From Chlorokybus atmophyticus (lineage: Eukaryota; Plantae; Mesostigma and Chlorokybus algae): DNA of 64,000 nucleotides. Positions 23,201-36,900 of this stretch are shown one piece after another; positions within the stretch are counted from its first letter, which is position 1; every line of letters starts with the position of its first letter. A model generated the notes under the pieces. That model was not told the DNA's origin and ran no database searches. It saw nothing but the letters and a program-made list of their open reading frames with translations. The DNA lies in NCBI GenBank assembly GCA_009103225.1, contig RHPI01001168.1, forward strand, positions 531,053 to 595,052, given 5' to 3'. Made by a program: the position numbers and the translations under genes.

Positions 23201-26200
23201 ATGGTTCAGGGATCCCTGAACCAACGTCCTGGGGAGAAGCTTCACACTTGAACTCCCGTATCTTGTGCCCTGCTTGCACATCCCAGAGAATTGCGAGACC
23301 ATCGTAGCCGGCACTGAGTGCGATGCGAGCATCGACCGGACTGCTCTCCAGCACAAACACTTGATCTTTGTGTCCTTGCAGTGTGTGCAGAAGCACGCCC
23401 TCCATGGCAGACCACACTCGGATGGAGAAGTCTGCAAACGCACATGCTAGGTTGAGCTGCAGATACACACATCAAGCAGTAAACAACATGTTGGGTGTAC
23501 ACACATCAAGCAGTAAACAACATGTCATACCACTCATAGCAGCAAGGATGTACTGATCATCAAGGCTCCAGATCGACATGTTGACAGTGGGCACAGGAGG
23601 AGGTCGGCGCATGGGGCCTGCACTGCGTGGGATTGTGGTGATGGGTGTCAAGGTTCGCAGACACTTCCACTTGCTCTTGACCTAGGGAGATATTGTCAGC
23701 GCGACATCCGGTTTAGTGGTGATAAGAAGCACATACGACTGCGACCATAAAGACTTACCAACGGTCGATCATGCCGTGCACGGACCCATATGCGTGCGGA
23801 GCCATCCCGAGACGCTGTTACAAGGTTCTCCGAATGGTGGCTGAGCACAAGTTGAAACCGCACGCAAGTCAGCTGACCCCTTTGGCGAATCACCATATCA
23901 ATACAACTCACCTGAATTGCACATAATTCACGTCGTTGCGATGGCCTTTCAAGACAGCAATCTCCTGTCCAGTCTGTAGCAGAGGAGTCTGCCTGGTGTT
24001 GAGACCCGCATCTGAAGTTCTCCCCACATACCACACCTGCGCGCAAATTGATGCCAACATACTTTGCATGCTGCCATGTCCATGAGTCAGGCAGGTACCA
24101 AGTCCATAACTGTAGCTCAACACAAACAGCAAATCTTACCCTGGCATGGCAGTCTGTTCCTCCTGTAACAAAATAATGCCCACTGGCATCCAGGGCGCAG
24201 CACAGCACCTGTGGCAATGGCTTGGCTGCACGAGCAGCTGGGGCTGTTTGCACAGGTTCGTCCTCATCATCAACTACCACAGTTACTGGTTGTGGAAGCG
24301 GCACTGCATATTGCAATGCACATGAGCAATGCGAAGCGGCCAGGCACAATGAGGCAACACAGTCAACGTGCATGACCAACCAGCTGGCTGAGGCTGCAGA
24401 GGCTGCAACACCAAAGGTTTAGTGGTGTCGTTTAAGTTCCATAGACGGCACGTGCCATCGTCAGAGCACCTGGCCACACAACATGCATGATAAACGGATC
24501 ACACCAAAACCCGTAACATGTCCAAGACAACTTACGAGAAAAGCCGGTATATAGGGTGAGCAGAGCAGAAGGAGATTGCCGTGACTGGAAGCGTGTGTCC
24601 AAGGCATACAGCAGCAGGCACGCCATTGTGGAGCCACCACTGCATCCAACGACGCGTCAAGTAGCAGCTTCTTACCACCAACGAACACAGTGAGCAGCGC
24701 ATGCATCACAATGTGGGATGTACAAGAGTACACCATACTGAAGGCCTCACCACACGGATGGAGTGATCATTTGATGATGAGGCAACATGTTGGCTGTCAG
24801 GGCTTATGGAAAGATCTGTGATGTCTCCCTGCAACCATTCCGTCGTCAGCTGCGGGCCGACAGCTTGCAATGGCAGTCGGATAGGTGAGTGTATTAGTAT
24901 GCAACTTACAGTATGTCCGCGGCAAGAGAACAGCAATAGCCCTGTGACTGCCGACCAGATTTTCACCAAGCGGTCATCTGAGCCGGTTACTATACGCAAA
25001 CCTCGCCGGTCAAAGATAGCTGCCAAGCCATGCAAAACGGCTCAGGTTGAAGAAATGTCCAAGGTAGATGCCAAGGCAAGAAACAATGGAAACGCTACAA
25101 CATCCCAAGACTCTTATGCCATGCCAACTCACCGCAATACACTGCGTTCTGATGTCCACGGAACTTCCGAAGTTGGTTGATGCGCTGACTGGTAATCTGT
25201 GGCGGCGCAAATAAGCCTTGCCAGATCCCAGGAGCGGTTGCAGACTTGTGGCGTGCGTTGAAGCCGAGCTCACGAAGGCCCAACGCTTGCATTATGTTTG
25301 CCTTGCGATGCGGGTAATGCAAGTATGAAAGCACGGACGGCCTCTGTTGTGCAGCCTTCTCGCGTTCATCTGCAACAAGCACAACTGTATCAACACAAAG
25401 CATCACCACAACGACACTGGCGAGAGGATTGTCCCTAGACAGCTTCTGAGCTAAGCTTTAACTCAACAACCAGCTACATTGACTAAACATTAAAGCTGAC
25501 GAAGTAATAAACCATCAATGACACATGTGAGATGCACAATCATGCTTGCCTCTGAGCAGTGAAAATGTCCCTGAACCCAAGATGGTGGAGATTCCTGCTG
25601 CAGGTGTGTTGCGGAAAGCGCTCGTGTAGGTTGCGAGCAACTCTTGAAGCAGGCGCTGAACATGGTCACCTCGCAAGTGTGGGTACCTGCGGACACATGC
25701 ATTTGCATGCCGTGGCAGTGAAGAGTTGGCCAATTCTCAGACAAGTTGGCGTGCATAAGGGCGTATGCAGTAGCCCCACACCCACAATGTTTTGTCTTGG
25801 TATTTGACTGGCCCGTGGATGGGATGATGCATGATGCAATCAACACCGATGGCAGTGAAGTTGCAATTGGACGGACTATCTTTAGGTGCTTTACATAACC
25901 AAAAGCAGGCGTTGTATCCATGCAGTCTGGTGAGGCGACACGATCCCCGAAAGATGCAAGCGCAACAGCACATGCTGCAGCATGCACATGCAACTTCCGT
26001 CGATTGATGTCGACAATGGTTGTGCGATCCAACACGACCATCAAGACCAAGCTACTTGCACTCACCTTTGGCGCAGATCGTCATAAGAAAGCTCATGCGA
26101 GCCAGCTGCTCCCGCCTCATCGCTTTGCAAGGCGTAGCGGCGAGGCAGCAGGCAATGGCTGCGGGCTTCCTGCTCAAGCGCCTCAGCCGCAGCTTGGCAA

Positions 26201-26388
26201 GGGCTGTTCTTGAGAAAATGCAAGACGCAAAGGTACAGCTCCGCAGCCTCAACAGCAGGCGGATCAGCGGCGGCTCTGGAGGAGGAGAGCGGCCCTGACG
26301 TGGACGGCGTCGTCACTGTCGTCACCGCCAGAGCTCCTGATGCCGTTGATGGTGGCATCGCCGCTGGCGGCGATGCTGCCTGCCCCAT
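20245..26388 (-). CDS. Bromodomain and WD40-repeat protein (BRWD/PHIP family)
   Basis: N-terminal [16 protein letters not shown]; WD repeats ([48 protein letters not shown]); [17 protein letters not shown]; C-terminal bromodomain [36 protein letters not shown]; many GT-AG introns. Confidence 0.92.
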
Positions 26389-26778
26389 GCTGCAAGCAAG
26401 CAGCCAGCAAGCAGTAACTAGCAGCTGCTTGTCACCGCCTGCTTAGGCCCAGCTATGCGCAAGCAACAAGCATCAGCCGCTCCCATGCCGGATCTGCCTC
26501 GTAAGCTCAGCGTAGATGACGACGAGCACCCCTACATCCCCATGCCCACCGCCGCACCGCCCTTCGCGAGCTCCCGCCCGGCCGACCCACACGGCCAAGG
26601 ATACCGCCGCCCGCCCTTGGTGCTGCGTGAATTTTGAATTTCCGATGTTGCATGCTGAGCCTGTTTTTCGTCAAAGTGCACGCGCGACGCATGGTCATCA
26701 CGTGTCTATACCTCCCATGAGAACTTATTGAGAAGGGTGTGAGGAATGAGAGAAAGCGCCTTACCACTGGTAAGTTAC

Positions 26779-26782
<4 letters not shown>

Positions 26783-26822
<40 letters not shown>

Positions 26823-26900
26823 CCCACATGTCACCTCCTTCATAAACCAATGCGCCTATTTTTGATGTAATCATCCATAGTCAGGTCTTCACAATGTACG

Positions 26901-26958
<58 letters not shown>
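26783..26958 (+). repeat. Two (CT)n microsatellites
   Basis: Runs at ~26783-26815 and 26906-26958. Confidence 0.9.
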
Positions 26959-26962
<4 letters not shown>

Positions 26963-28332
26963 ACGCGTTGTCACAAGCTTCGATGTTGGCTATAGACAAT
27001 CATCAACTTCAACACGAACAATGTTAAAATGATAAATAAAATACAAGATATAACAATGCAAAACATCATGCACGTACATACATCACATTACAATGTCATG
27101 TTAGGTGTCGACTTGGTGGAGTGCACGTATCCAACTATCTCTTGTCATGTATCGGCAGGCGCTATCAAGTTGCATTGCGAGACGAATTAGCTTGATGAGG
27201 TGTGTAAAATGGTTGCCATGTTTGGTGCCTTTCTCGGAATTAATGCGTGATGTCACGATGGTCAGACCTATAATGGCAGGCTACATGGTGTAGCCTGCAT
27301 TGCCATCTGGCACTGCAATGCAGTGACTGGATCTCCAATGTCTAGACTCCGCTAACGCGTTGCGCGTGCTTCAACGAGCTCGCAATGCCAATCCTATAAC
27401 GAGGTCAGTGCAACGGAATTTGGCGCCAGCCAGCTGCCCACGTGGAGGCACAGCACTTCGGTCACCATCCTGGCGGCGGCGACAACACCGTCGTGGTGTT
27501 GCTTTACTGCTGCTTGACTAGCACAGGTAAGTGCTTGACCATACAGCAAAATCTGCGCCAACGCTGTAGTGCTCGCCTGTGCGCTGCATTGAATAGAGCT
27601 TGTGTGTTTGCTTTCAGGCATGGCGTCACTGTTGTCCAGCAGTCCAGTGCGCTTGTTGTTGCCGGCTGCTCCTTTGAGGCTGCGCCGACCAGCTCGCCGG
27701 TCAACCCTAAGCGCACCCGTTGCCGCGACCAGTGGACAGTCCAGGTGACGTGCACACATAGTCACAGAACCACAAGCATCCGGTTTACAGAGTACATTTG
27801 TCAGCAAGAATCAATCAATCGAAGTTCTGTGCACCTTAGCTGAAGCAAGCAAAGGGCTTGCATGCATGCTACATACCAGTATGGTTCGAATGGTTGACTT
27901 AAGCCAGTGGTTAGTGGTGGCTGCTGCGTCGTTGCAGTGTGGCGCGCAAGCAAACTGTTGTTTTGGTTGCGGCGACCTTGATGATGGCTCACACATGCAA
28001 TGAGCAGCGATAATTACATTCACGCGCTTCGTACTACGATGTGCATGCATGCGACATTTTGCAGGGTTTGCATAAGCGCTAATCAGTATGGTTGTCGGTT
28101 GGTTCGGTGCATGCAACCGTGTTGTTGGTTCGTTCATGAATATGAGCAGAAGTAAGCATAGCCATGCCTGCACACTCCAGTCGAGCACTATGCTTATCTA
28201 CTTCGTGTGCAGCACAATCGCTAGTGAACTTGGCAGTCATGTAACACTCTAGCATAAGTAGCCATAGTTTGAGTCTCACTTGAAGCGAACAAGGTGTAAG
28301 CTTAGGTTGCAGGCCTTGACGCATCCCGGTGG

Positions 28333-30098
28333 TTGTTGTTTATCAGGCGCCGGTCTCACAGCCTTCTCCCCTCGCTTGGTCGGCGCGAGCTGTCCTTGCG
28401 GCTGCTGTTGCTTGCTGGTGCTGGCGCTTTGCTTGCTGGCGCCGGCAGCAGGAGTGAGGGTTTCGCTGCTGCCGCCGCCACCATGGGATTCACCAAGTCT
28501 CAGGTACGCGTGTTGATGGAGGCTTGAACCCACATGCACTCGCAAGGTGCTCTGTAATCTTGTCAGTCATAGAGGAGGTTGCACGCGGCAACAGAGGGGG
28601 AATGCGGGGAGGGGGAGGGATGCGGGGCGAGCATGCAATCGTACTGAGGGTGAAAACAGTTAAGCATACGCAGCACCCTTCCCCTTTGCCTACCCCAAAC
28701 TTCAGCTGTGATTGCATCCCCCCCCCCCCTCTCTCCCCCCCACCTGGTGAGCAAGAAGCAACGGTCATCACGCGACGGGAAGCTTCTTGGTCTGTAGTTT
28801 TGTACAAGGCTTCTTACCATACCAGTGCGAATGTGTGCATGTGGCAGGTTGCTGAGGTGCTGGAGAAGGCGGAGTGGCCAGAGAAGTATCCTTTGACTGC
28901 GGATGACTTCCGCCGCTTCGATGAGACTAGTGACTTCCAGTTCTACAACACGTTAGTGCATTTCCAGTCCACCTGTGACTGCTCCTCGTTGTATGCGAGC
29001 TTAATGGTTGCCTGTTTGCATGCAGCCCGCGGTTTGTTACTCACATTGACGATTCGGCAATCGCGGCGATAACGCAATGGTACACGGAGAACTTCCCGCC
29101 AAGTAACACACCTGGCACTGCTGTTCTCGACCTCTGCTCTAGCTGGATTAGCCATTTCCCACCAGTAAGTTGGTGCATGCCTTGCTTGCAACCGCCTGAA
29201 GAAAGTTGCAAGGCTGTCATGCACAGTGCCTTGCATGTGTGGACAGCAACCTATACTGTGTAGGAGTGTTTTTGCTCGATGGGCAATCAACACGTTCTTC
29301 CATTGTGGCACAATAATGCCTTGTAGGTGATGCGAGTCTAAGAGGTGGGATCTGGTCTGCTACAGGGGTACAAGCAGGAACGCATTGTGGGTTTGGGCAT
29401 GAACGAGGATGAGCTCAAGCGCAACAAAGTGCTCACAGAGTACACAGTGAAAGACCTGAACGCAGACCCTTCCCTGCCCTACGACGACAACTCATTTGAC
29501 GTCGTGGTCAATGCCGTCAGCGTGGACTACCTAACGAAGCCGCTCGAGGTGTTCAAAGAAATCAACAGGGTCCTGAAACCAGGGGGTCTTGCTGCCATGA
29601 GGTGAGCAAGCCACGACACTACCATACACAGCGTAACGCGAACCAGTATAGGACTCTACTTTCATGCTTATATCACTGCAGAGCGTACTCGCTCTGCTTT
29701 CAGATGGTCATTGCTTGTGTCAACAAGTTTGCCTTGCCTAACACCATTGGTACGCCTGTGGAATGAACAGCTTTTCCAACCGGTGTTTTCCAACCAAGGC
29801 CATCGCAATCTGGACAGGCACCAGCGATCTAGACCATATCTGGATTGTTGGTTCATACTACCACTACGCGGGTGGCTTCCAGAAACCTCAGGTGCTGTAT
29901 ATGTATATGTCAACACCACAAGATGTACACATTGCCACAAGTGCTGCACTGGCATGGGTTTAACCGTGTAACGAGATCACTGGTGTGGAACAATTGCATG
30001 CCCCTAATGTTTTGCTTGTGCTGCAGGCGAAAGATATCACACTGCGCGCTGGAAGGGGTGATCCTATGTACGTGGTGTATGGACGCAAACTCTGGTAG
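28333..30098 (+). CDS. SAM-dependent methyltransferase type 11 (At4g29590-like, probably plastid-targeted); true start uncertain (in-frame ATG at 28483)
   Basis: DFRRFDETSDFQFY..PRFVTHIDD..VLDLCSSWISHFP..VGLGMNEDELKRN..FDVVVNAVSVDYLTKPLEVF..SFSNRCFPTKAI..GDPMYVVYGRK; TAG 30096-30098. Confidence 0.9.
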
Positions 30099-30159
30099 CA
30101 TTCTAGAATATAGTTCAGTGCATAGACCGATTGTGGGTTGTTGAAATATCATCATAAAT

Positions 30160-30756
30160 TCAAGAAAATGGAACTCGTGTGGCTTGATGTGTTTCCCTTA
30201 ATTGTAACGTAATATATGAGTAAATGCCGCCTGCTAGTGCATTGTCATCTATATACATCACTTGTTGGAAGTTACTAGCTTCCAACATACCGGGTATGTT
30301 CACTACTAGTAAGTCACCAACATACCGCAAGATCTTGTTCGCATAAAGTTGTACTATTTCTATTGGTTGTTGGCAATGAGGCGCTTCATAACTCATACTC
30401 ATATACGCACAAAAAGCAAAGCACAAAGACGCATTGGACAAAAACAGTACAATGCACGAGCATACGCACGCAGTGCACAAGAAGTAGTTAACTAAGTGCA
30501 CTCTTGCACTATTCCCCATAGGGATTCCTATGATTTGCTTGTGCGTTGCGTCCAATGCGCCTTGCACATACAAGTTGTGTAAGACGAAACCTAGAATGTT
30601 GGTCAAGTTGGCTACCGTGAATGTCCGCATGTTCGGTACAGGTATATACAGAAGGCACGGGCACTTGTCAATGCTGCTACTTATCAATGTGGTTAGGTAG
30701 TATGCTTGTACAGCACACCCAATGGCATTGTTTGCAAGTATATTGCCGAGACACAT
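30160..30756 (-). mobile_element. Penelope-like (Naiad/Chlamys-type) reverse transcriptase relic
   Basis: HKQIIGIPMGNSARVHLVNYFL (cf. QxIGIPMG), ILRYVGDLLVVN (RYIDD degraded), GGIYSYITLQL..RVPF. Confidence 0.7.
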
Positions 30757-31184
30757 TGCCTTACTTGATACTCACACTTCCCCAACAGTAGCACAGTTTG
30801 CAGTATGCGCATGTGCAGCCCATGCAGCCGGTGCAGCGCATGCAGCCCGGTAAGCGGGTGCCACCACCCATGAAATTGCACGCAGGCAAATGCCAGCTTG
30901 TTTCAGCTGACTGCTCCTTGACATAGTCACCTACACAGCCACTTCAAACTCACCTACACATCCCACTAACGCCGCCCTGCTGCTGTTGCTCCTCGCCGCC
31001 ACTGCTCCCGCCCAACTGCACACACGTCAGCTGACAGCTGCATGTAAATAGCAGCAGTACAGCACGCCTCACGTGTAGCTTGGTGCTCTGCATGAGGAGC
31101 TTGGGCGATGGCGGTGGAGGTCTTGGTGGCGGTGGCGGCGGTGGTGGGCATGGGCGACGTCATTAGTGTCGTTGGGCGCCAGCA

Positions 31185-31622
31185 CTCAGCTCCAAGCTGC
31201 TCTCACGTGCACCATGAAAAGCGTCAGTGGACACACAATGTGGCATGCATGCAGGGGTACATATGATATGGTGTGCATGCACAGCTAGCTTGTGAAGCAC
31301 TGCTCAGTTCCAAGCTGCGCTCACCTGATGACAACACATATAGCTAGCTTAAGCTTGTGAAGCACTGCTCAGTTCCAAGCGCTCACCTGGTGACAACACA
31401 CATTGCTAGCTTAAGCTTGTAAGCTTGTAAAGCACTGCTGATCATGAGTTCCAAGCTGCGCTCACCTGGTGACAACACACATAACTAGCTGGAACTCGTC
31501 AAGCTGCTCTCACGCTGCACCCTATGTATGTACCCTATGTATGTATGTACAATGTGGCATGCATATAGCCGAGAATTGTGAAGCACTGCTGAGTTCCAAG
31601 CTGCGCTCACCTGGTGACAACG
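31185..31622 (+). repeat. Degenerate minisatellite, ~65-70-bp unit
   Basis: Core TGTGAAGCACTGCT(C/G)AGTTCCAAGCTGCGCTCACCTG(G/A)TGACAAC at 31291, 31356, 31426, 31577; partial copies at ~31185 and ~31497. Confidence 0.8.
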
Positions 31623-31759
31623 TTGACATTGACAGGTAGTAAGAAGAAGCCGAAAGCTTAGGAACGTGCACGCAGCTTAGGAAGTGTGCAAACAAAGTAT
31701 GCAACAACCCTGCGCCGCCAGGGAGGGGAACGCGCTGCGCGACCTGTAAGAAGAGGGCA

Positions 31760-32722
31760 ATGGTAGCCAGGAACAAACGAAAAACAGTGATTTGCAACAT
31801 CTGTGAGGAGCCGCTGTCCCAAACCAGGGAGAACGGAGGCTACAGAAGACATGCACGTGCGTGCATGGCATCGCACTTTTGTTGCTTGGTGCACTTGTTG
31901 CAACTTGTTGCTGCTATAACTGCTTTGCATTCATTCTGCATTACATGCCCCACGCACACTGTCTCAATCAACGACTTACTTGCATGAACGATGATTGTGG
32001 GAGGGAGCTAGAACGCAGCCAAAACCGGGCGGGCAGGACAAGTGCCGTGGCTGCTACCGCCCCCACCTCTGCTCCACAGATGGTTGCCAGAACCAGAATC
32101 CGGCATATGAGAGCCGCAAGGAGTGCACAACCTGCAGGAAGAGGGCTTGCACTATCTGCGGCATCTCACGCGGTCCAAGAAGCTTGTTTGAGGACGGTCT
32201 ATGCCTAGACTGTTACAACGGCGTGCGAGCCTCATAAGTTTCCTGTGTGTTTCCCTGAACTACTTGACATCTGAGCATAAAAGGAAAAGCGTGCAAGCAC
32301 ACTTACCCCACTGCTTCAGATACACTCCCTTATCGCCTTCACTGAAGGGCAAGGATCGCGCATGGACAGCGGTGCTGAACAGCGCCCGAACAGAGCTCAA
32401 GAAGTACGACATCGAGGGCCCAGCTGTAGCGGAGACTTTCCTGCAGTGTACCAAGGCTGAGTTTATCAGATTCATGGAGGCCCAGTTCCCACTCTGGGAT
32501 GTAGGTTGTTGTTCTTCATGTTAAACAACCCAATGACGTGCATGTGTAACAATGTGCTCATTGCAGCGGAAGATAAAGTGGAACAACTAGACTACTACAC
32601 AAGTGCTGCCTATGTATACGCAGTGCGGTGAGTAGTGGGTTGGATAGACAAGACCCTGTGACCGACCTGAAGGTCACAGAGTATGTTTACGCCGATCAGT
32701 TGTCACAGATGTACAGGGTATG
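31760..32722 (+). pseudogene. Cys-rich zinc-finger protein relic with a segment resembling giant-virus/phage HNH-type endonucleases
   Basis: CNIC-x15-H-x3-C; CxxC arrays (CRGC, CTTC, CTIC, CLDC); ARTELKKYDIEGPAVAETFLQCTKAEFIRFMEAQF followed after an intron by KIKWNN*; frameshift ~32025 and stops. Confidence 0.45.
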
Positions 32723-33381
32723 AGTCATATTGCAAACATGCAGTCAGTCTGTGCACACACACACACACACACGAACAACCAAAGCAACTCAAGCGAACCA
32801 GCACAGCGCCACACTTACATTACACCCGGGGCCACCACACTATCCTATTCCTAAATGACCTATGTGCAATGCCGTGAAGCAGGCAGTAGCAGCAGGTAAC
32901 ACCAACCAACCTGAGTGCACAAGTGTATGTGCTTACTGGTGACGCATTTCGAGCTTGCGAACGCAACAGGGTACTCATTGTGTTACAGAAGTAGTGTGTG
33001 TGTCACAGCGGCATGCACGCACGCAAACTAATCGGTAGGCACATTGTTCTGCACATTGTGCTGCACACACTGAACCTGCTTCTCAAGCGTAGTATGCAAC
33101 GCACACAGCTAGTGTCTAGTTTGCATGTTATGCGTGCGTAACAACGTCGGCAGCTGGTATGTTGCGGCTGAAGTGCCATCTCTCAGTGTCCGTACGTATG
33201 AGAAACAAAGCTAGCTCCCCTGTTCAACCGCAAACGTCAACTAAACTACAACACAAAAGTCACATCCGCCGCCGCACCCACCATTGTTGCAGGGAGGACA
33301 AGCACCAAGCCAGGACGCTGTGCAGCAGTGCAGCGGTAGTCTTTGTGGGAGCGGCGGCCGGGTCGGTGTGGGCGGGCGGCG

Positions 33382-35790
33382 ATGGTGCGCTTCACCACGT
33401 GGGCATGGCAGGACATGGGGGAGGTGCAGGCGTTGCGGGAGAGGACGGCTGCGGGCCAGGAGAGGCTGGCTAGCATGCTGGCCGCCGGCAGCTTTGAAAC
33501 GCTGGGCGAGCCGGGGTCATCAATAACAACACCGCAGCCTGCTGCTAAAGCTGGCCCACAGAACAAGCAGCAGGCTGGCGTGGTCGGCAAGCTCAGCGCT
33601 TCGCAACAAACTATGCTGCGGCCTGAACACTTCCTTCCCCGCCACAAAACACAAAAACAGCAAGCAGTAAGTTCTCCTTCACTTCTTGCTCCTCCTGCGT
33701 CTACTTCTGCTCCTGGTGCTACGCCGCAAAAGCACGAAACCAGCCGAGGCGCTCCTCCCGGTGAAACCAGCAACCGAGAGGTGCGTGTGAATTGGTCGAC
33801 GAATGAACAAGAAAGCCAGTTGCTGCTGGGATGAGCAGCATGCATAGTCGAGGGTGTTCAGCTCGATTGTAACGTACGCTGTCTTTTGGCAACCATGTCA
33901 TCCCTTCCCCCCACCCCCCCTCTGGCTAGCGGCATGCCGTGCAGGCCACTGCCGTTGATATCTCTCCTGCAATACCCGCATGTAAAAAGCTGCAGCACAA
34001 TAGATCAGTTGACCTCGTAACCATTGATCTTGCGAGTGTGTGGTGAGACTGTTTGCAGCACGATTGTTGGGCATGCGCATGTCTGCATGCTACAATGCAA
34101 CCTACATGCGGTACAATCATGACGACGTTATGTCACATAAATATTGTGCATGCCCTATCACTCAACAGTTGACATTGGGACTGCAGTTGGCACTTGTGTT
34201 ATTTTCAAATTCGAAGATGCCTCCGCCAAGCTACCAGGGCGATGCATACACGGTCTGGGATCCTGAGCAGAATCGCTTGATGCACAGCATGCAGCGGCGG
34301 CACGGCTGGGAGTCCATACTGCCTCTACGACTGGTCGCAATCCTTGAGCAGCACGGCATCAAACTCATAAAACGAGATGAGTCTCTTATCCGACTTCACC
34401 TGTCGTTGAAGGATGCAGGTTGGTACAGTATTGAGAGCGCCTATGCTTAGCATTAGCATTGGAGGCAGAGGCTCAATATGTGGTTGCCCACTACCTGGGG
34501 TTGGCAGAAGCTGAAGCCAAGCTACACCTGGTTGTTAGGAACCCGCTCAAGAGCGTTGCTGTCGTCGCGGTGCCGTTGCAAGTGGCTGTGGCTTTCGCTC
34601 TTGCTGGCAAGGTACATACCGCATGCTGTCTTGTATGCTTTTCAACCCTTCTCTCGTTGGCATGAGTGCCAACTGCTGTGTGGTTGTCATGCGTGACAAC
34701 GTATTGCGTGCCCTGATCATGATGCTTTTTCTTGCAGCAAGGCAATCAGCGGATGCAGCTTTGCCCTGATGCCAAACAGGTACTATGCTTGGTATTGCTT
34801 GTTTTCAACACTGCGCATTGTGTTGACACGTATATGTATCTAGTCTAAGCGCTGTGGTCCGGATGAAGGTTGTGGAGGCCAAGCGCATGCTGCGCAAGCA
34901 GCACGGCACTGAGAGAGCAGAGCAGTTCACAGGCATACCGGTCTTCTCACTCTCAAACACGCGCATGGTGGTGACCAGCATTGCTACTGGCGAGAAGCTG
35001 TTGTGCGTTGAACCACTCTGCCTGCTGCTTGCTGCGCACTGTGCAGCTTTGTTGTTAACACAAGCTATACTGCAGATACCAGCCTTGGTTCTTTAGCAAG
35101 CAGCACATGTTCAAGACAATGAATCGCACGTACGGCGCTGTATACCAACAGTTTATTCAGGGCAGGCGGGCACAACGCCACGCCTCACAACAGACCTCAG
35201 TAGCCGCTGATGCAGAGGAAGATGATGGCTTCTCTGGTGATCCTCCTGAGGTATCAGTGTGGGCTTTCTGCTCTGTTGTGAGGGCATTGGTGCCACACTT
35301 TTGCGTAGAACTGCTAGTCTCTTGAAATTGGGTGTCAACTAGTATGGATCTCATACGGAACCCACATGTCAAGGTGAGGGAGTTTTTGGAGGAAACTGGT
35401 GAAAGAGTAAGCACATCAAGCTTTGACGCTGGCCGCGCGCTGAAGAACTACCTCGCAGACACAGCTGACAACCTTTTCATTGGTACTGCATTTGGGAGGC
35501 GAATCATCAAGCTGCGCAATCCTTTTGAGGTCGCAGTGAGCTCGTTTGAGCAGCTCGTCGGACAAAGCTTCGCGCCGAATGCGGCTGAAGTGTTTGCGAA
35601 GTACAGCGATGGACCCCTCTCGCCGCTGCTTGAAGCCGTTGCTGCAACTGCTGCCAGCGATGTCAAGCAGCCAACAACAACACCTGACCCGCCGAGCCCT
35701 GGCAATCGGTGCGGTGCCATGTTCATTGCCAATGTGGACTTCACTGCCAACATATCTGTGCGTGTTACTAGTGAGTCGGATGAGAAATGA
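33382..35790 (+). CDS. Tic22-like family protein (At5g62650-like); first exons less certain
   Basis: SFALMPN..VVEAKRMLRK..FTGIPVFSLSN..DDGFSGDPPE..TADNLFIGTAFGRR..FEVAVSSFEQ parallels the land-plant Tic22-like family. Confidence 0.7.
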
Positions 35791-36049
35791 TGTTGCTGTC
35801 GCACTGCGCGTGTGTAAATATACAAGTATGGTTGCCACATTGTGGCGCAATTGGTGTGCTATGCAACCATACTTGCTGCGCGCCAAGTGACTATACTGGC
35901 CGTTGAAGTGCATGTAAGGCTGCTTATATTGTTTTGCAAGACATTTCTGAACGCATAGCATACCGCACTACTCTGAATGTCAAGGGAGACACGTCTATTG
36001 CACATATGCACTTGGAACGTGCATACACATATGGCATTTGTCAAAGCAT

Positions 36050-36900
36050 GCTATAGTATTGATGTTGGCCAATTGACGGACAGAACAGGAATGTGTGAGA
36101 GCTTTTTCTTTATCGATAAAATTGATGATGACGTGACTCATAGTGCGCGCAATCTTGTGACTTACAAGTTGTTAACATCAATCTTGTCACAAGCTACTGT
36201 TGTTGATGCTTATTACGCGCACGGATGCCGGTATATGCTAGCGGGTAATATGCTTGTATGTTCGATTGAATTATAATGCATGTGTTATAACATGTCTTGC
36301 ATGTACAATCTGGCCAAGAGACACGTTAAGATCCATGTAAAGCCACTCAAGTTAAGAGAGTTGATACAACATTTTGCAATGCATGTATTTGCAAGCGTCA
36401 ATTGCTAACGGATGAATATAGGTTGCGCCAAAAGCAAATTCAATTATAGTAATGTTTAGCAATGTACGAGTGTATGGCGAAATATCGTGGTCCAAAATTT
36501 CTATACAAGCCAGCATAGCACAGGTCAGCATAATCACATGCGTTATTTGCAACCATTGTGTGTTGCGTATTTGTTACGTTAAGCATTTCCAGTGGGCCAT
36601 GTGAGTAAAAGGCGCTCACATGTTGAGTTTTTTTTTTATTTATAGTTATTCCAACCTCCCAAGGGCTATAGTAATAGTAAGCCAACAATAATCACGCACG
36701 TCGACACCTCAAGCCTTAAATTAATGTAGCTCATAATTTACATTTGATAATGGCACATAGCGCGCATCAGTTTGCGAGCGAAGAGCAAAATTAGTGCCTT
36801 AGGCGACAATCGTGTGGTGTCGATGCATTATGTATAACATAGAACAGCAGGACCCGATGTACACGCAAACAAAGCGCATCACGAATATCAGCAATTGAAT
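36050..36900 (-). mobile_element. AT-rich decayed non-LTR retroelement (RT C-terminal) relic
   Basis: GITINKKKTQHV (RT domain-7-like) and LLNITIIEFAFGATYIHPL echoes; many stops. Confidence 0.3.
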
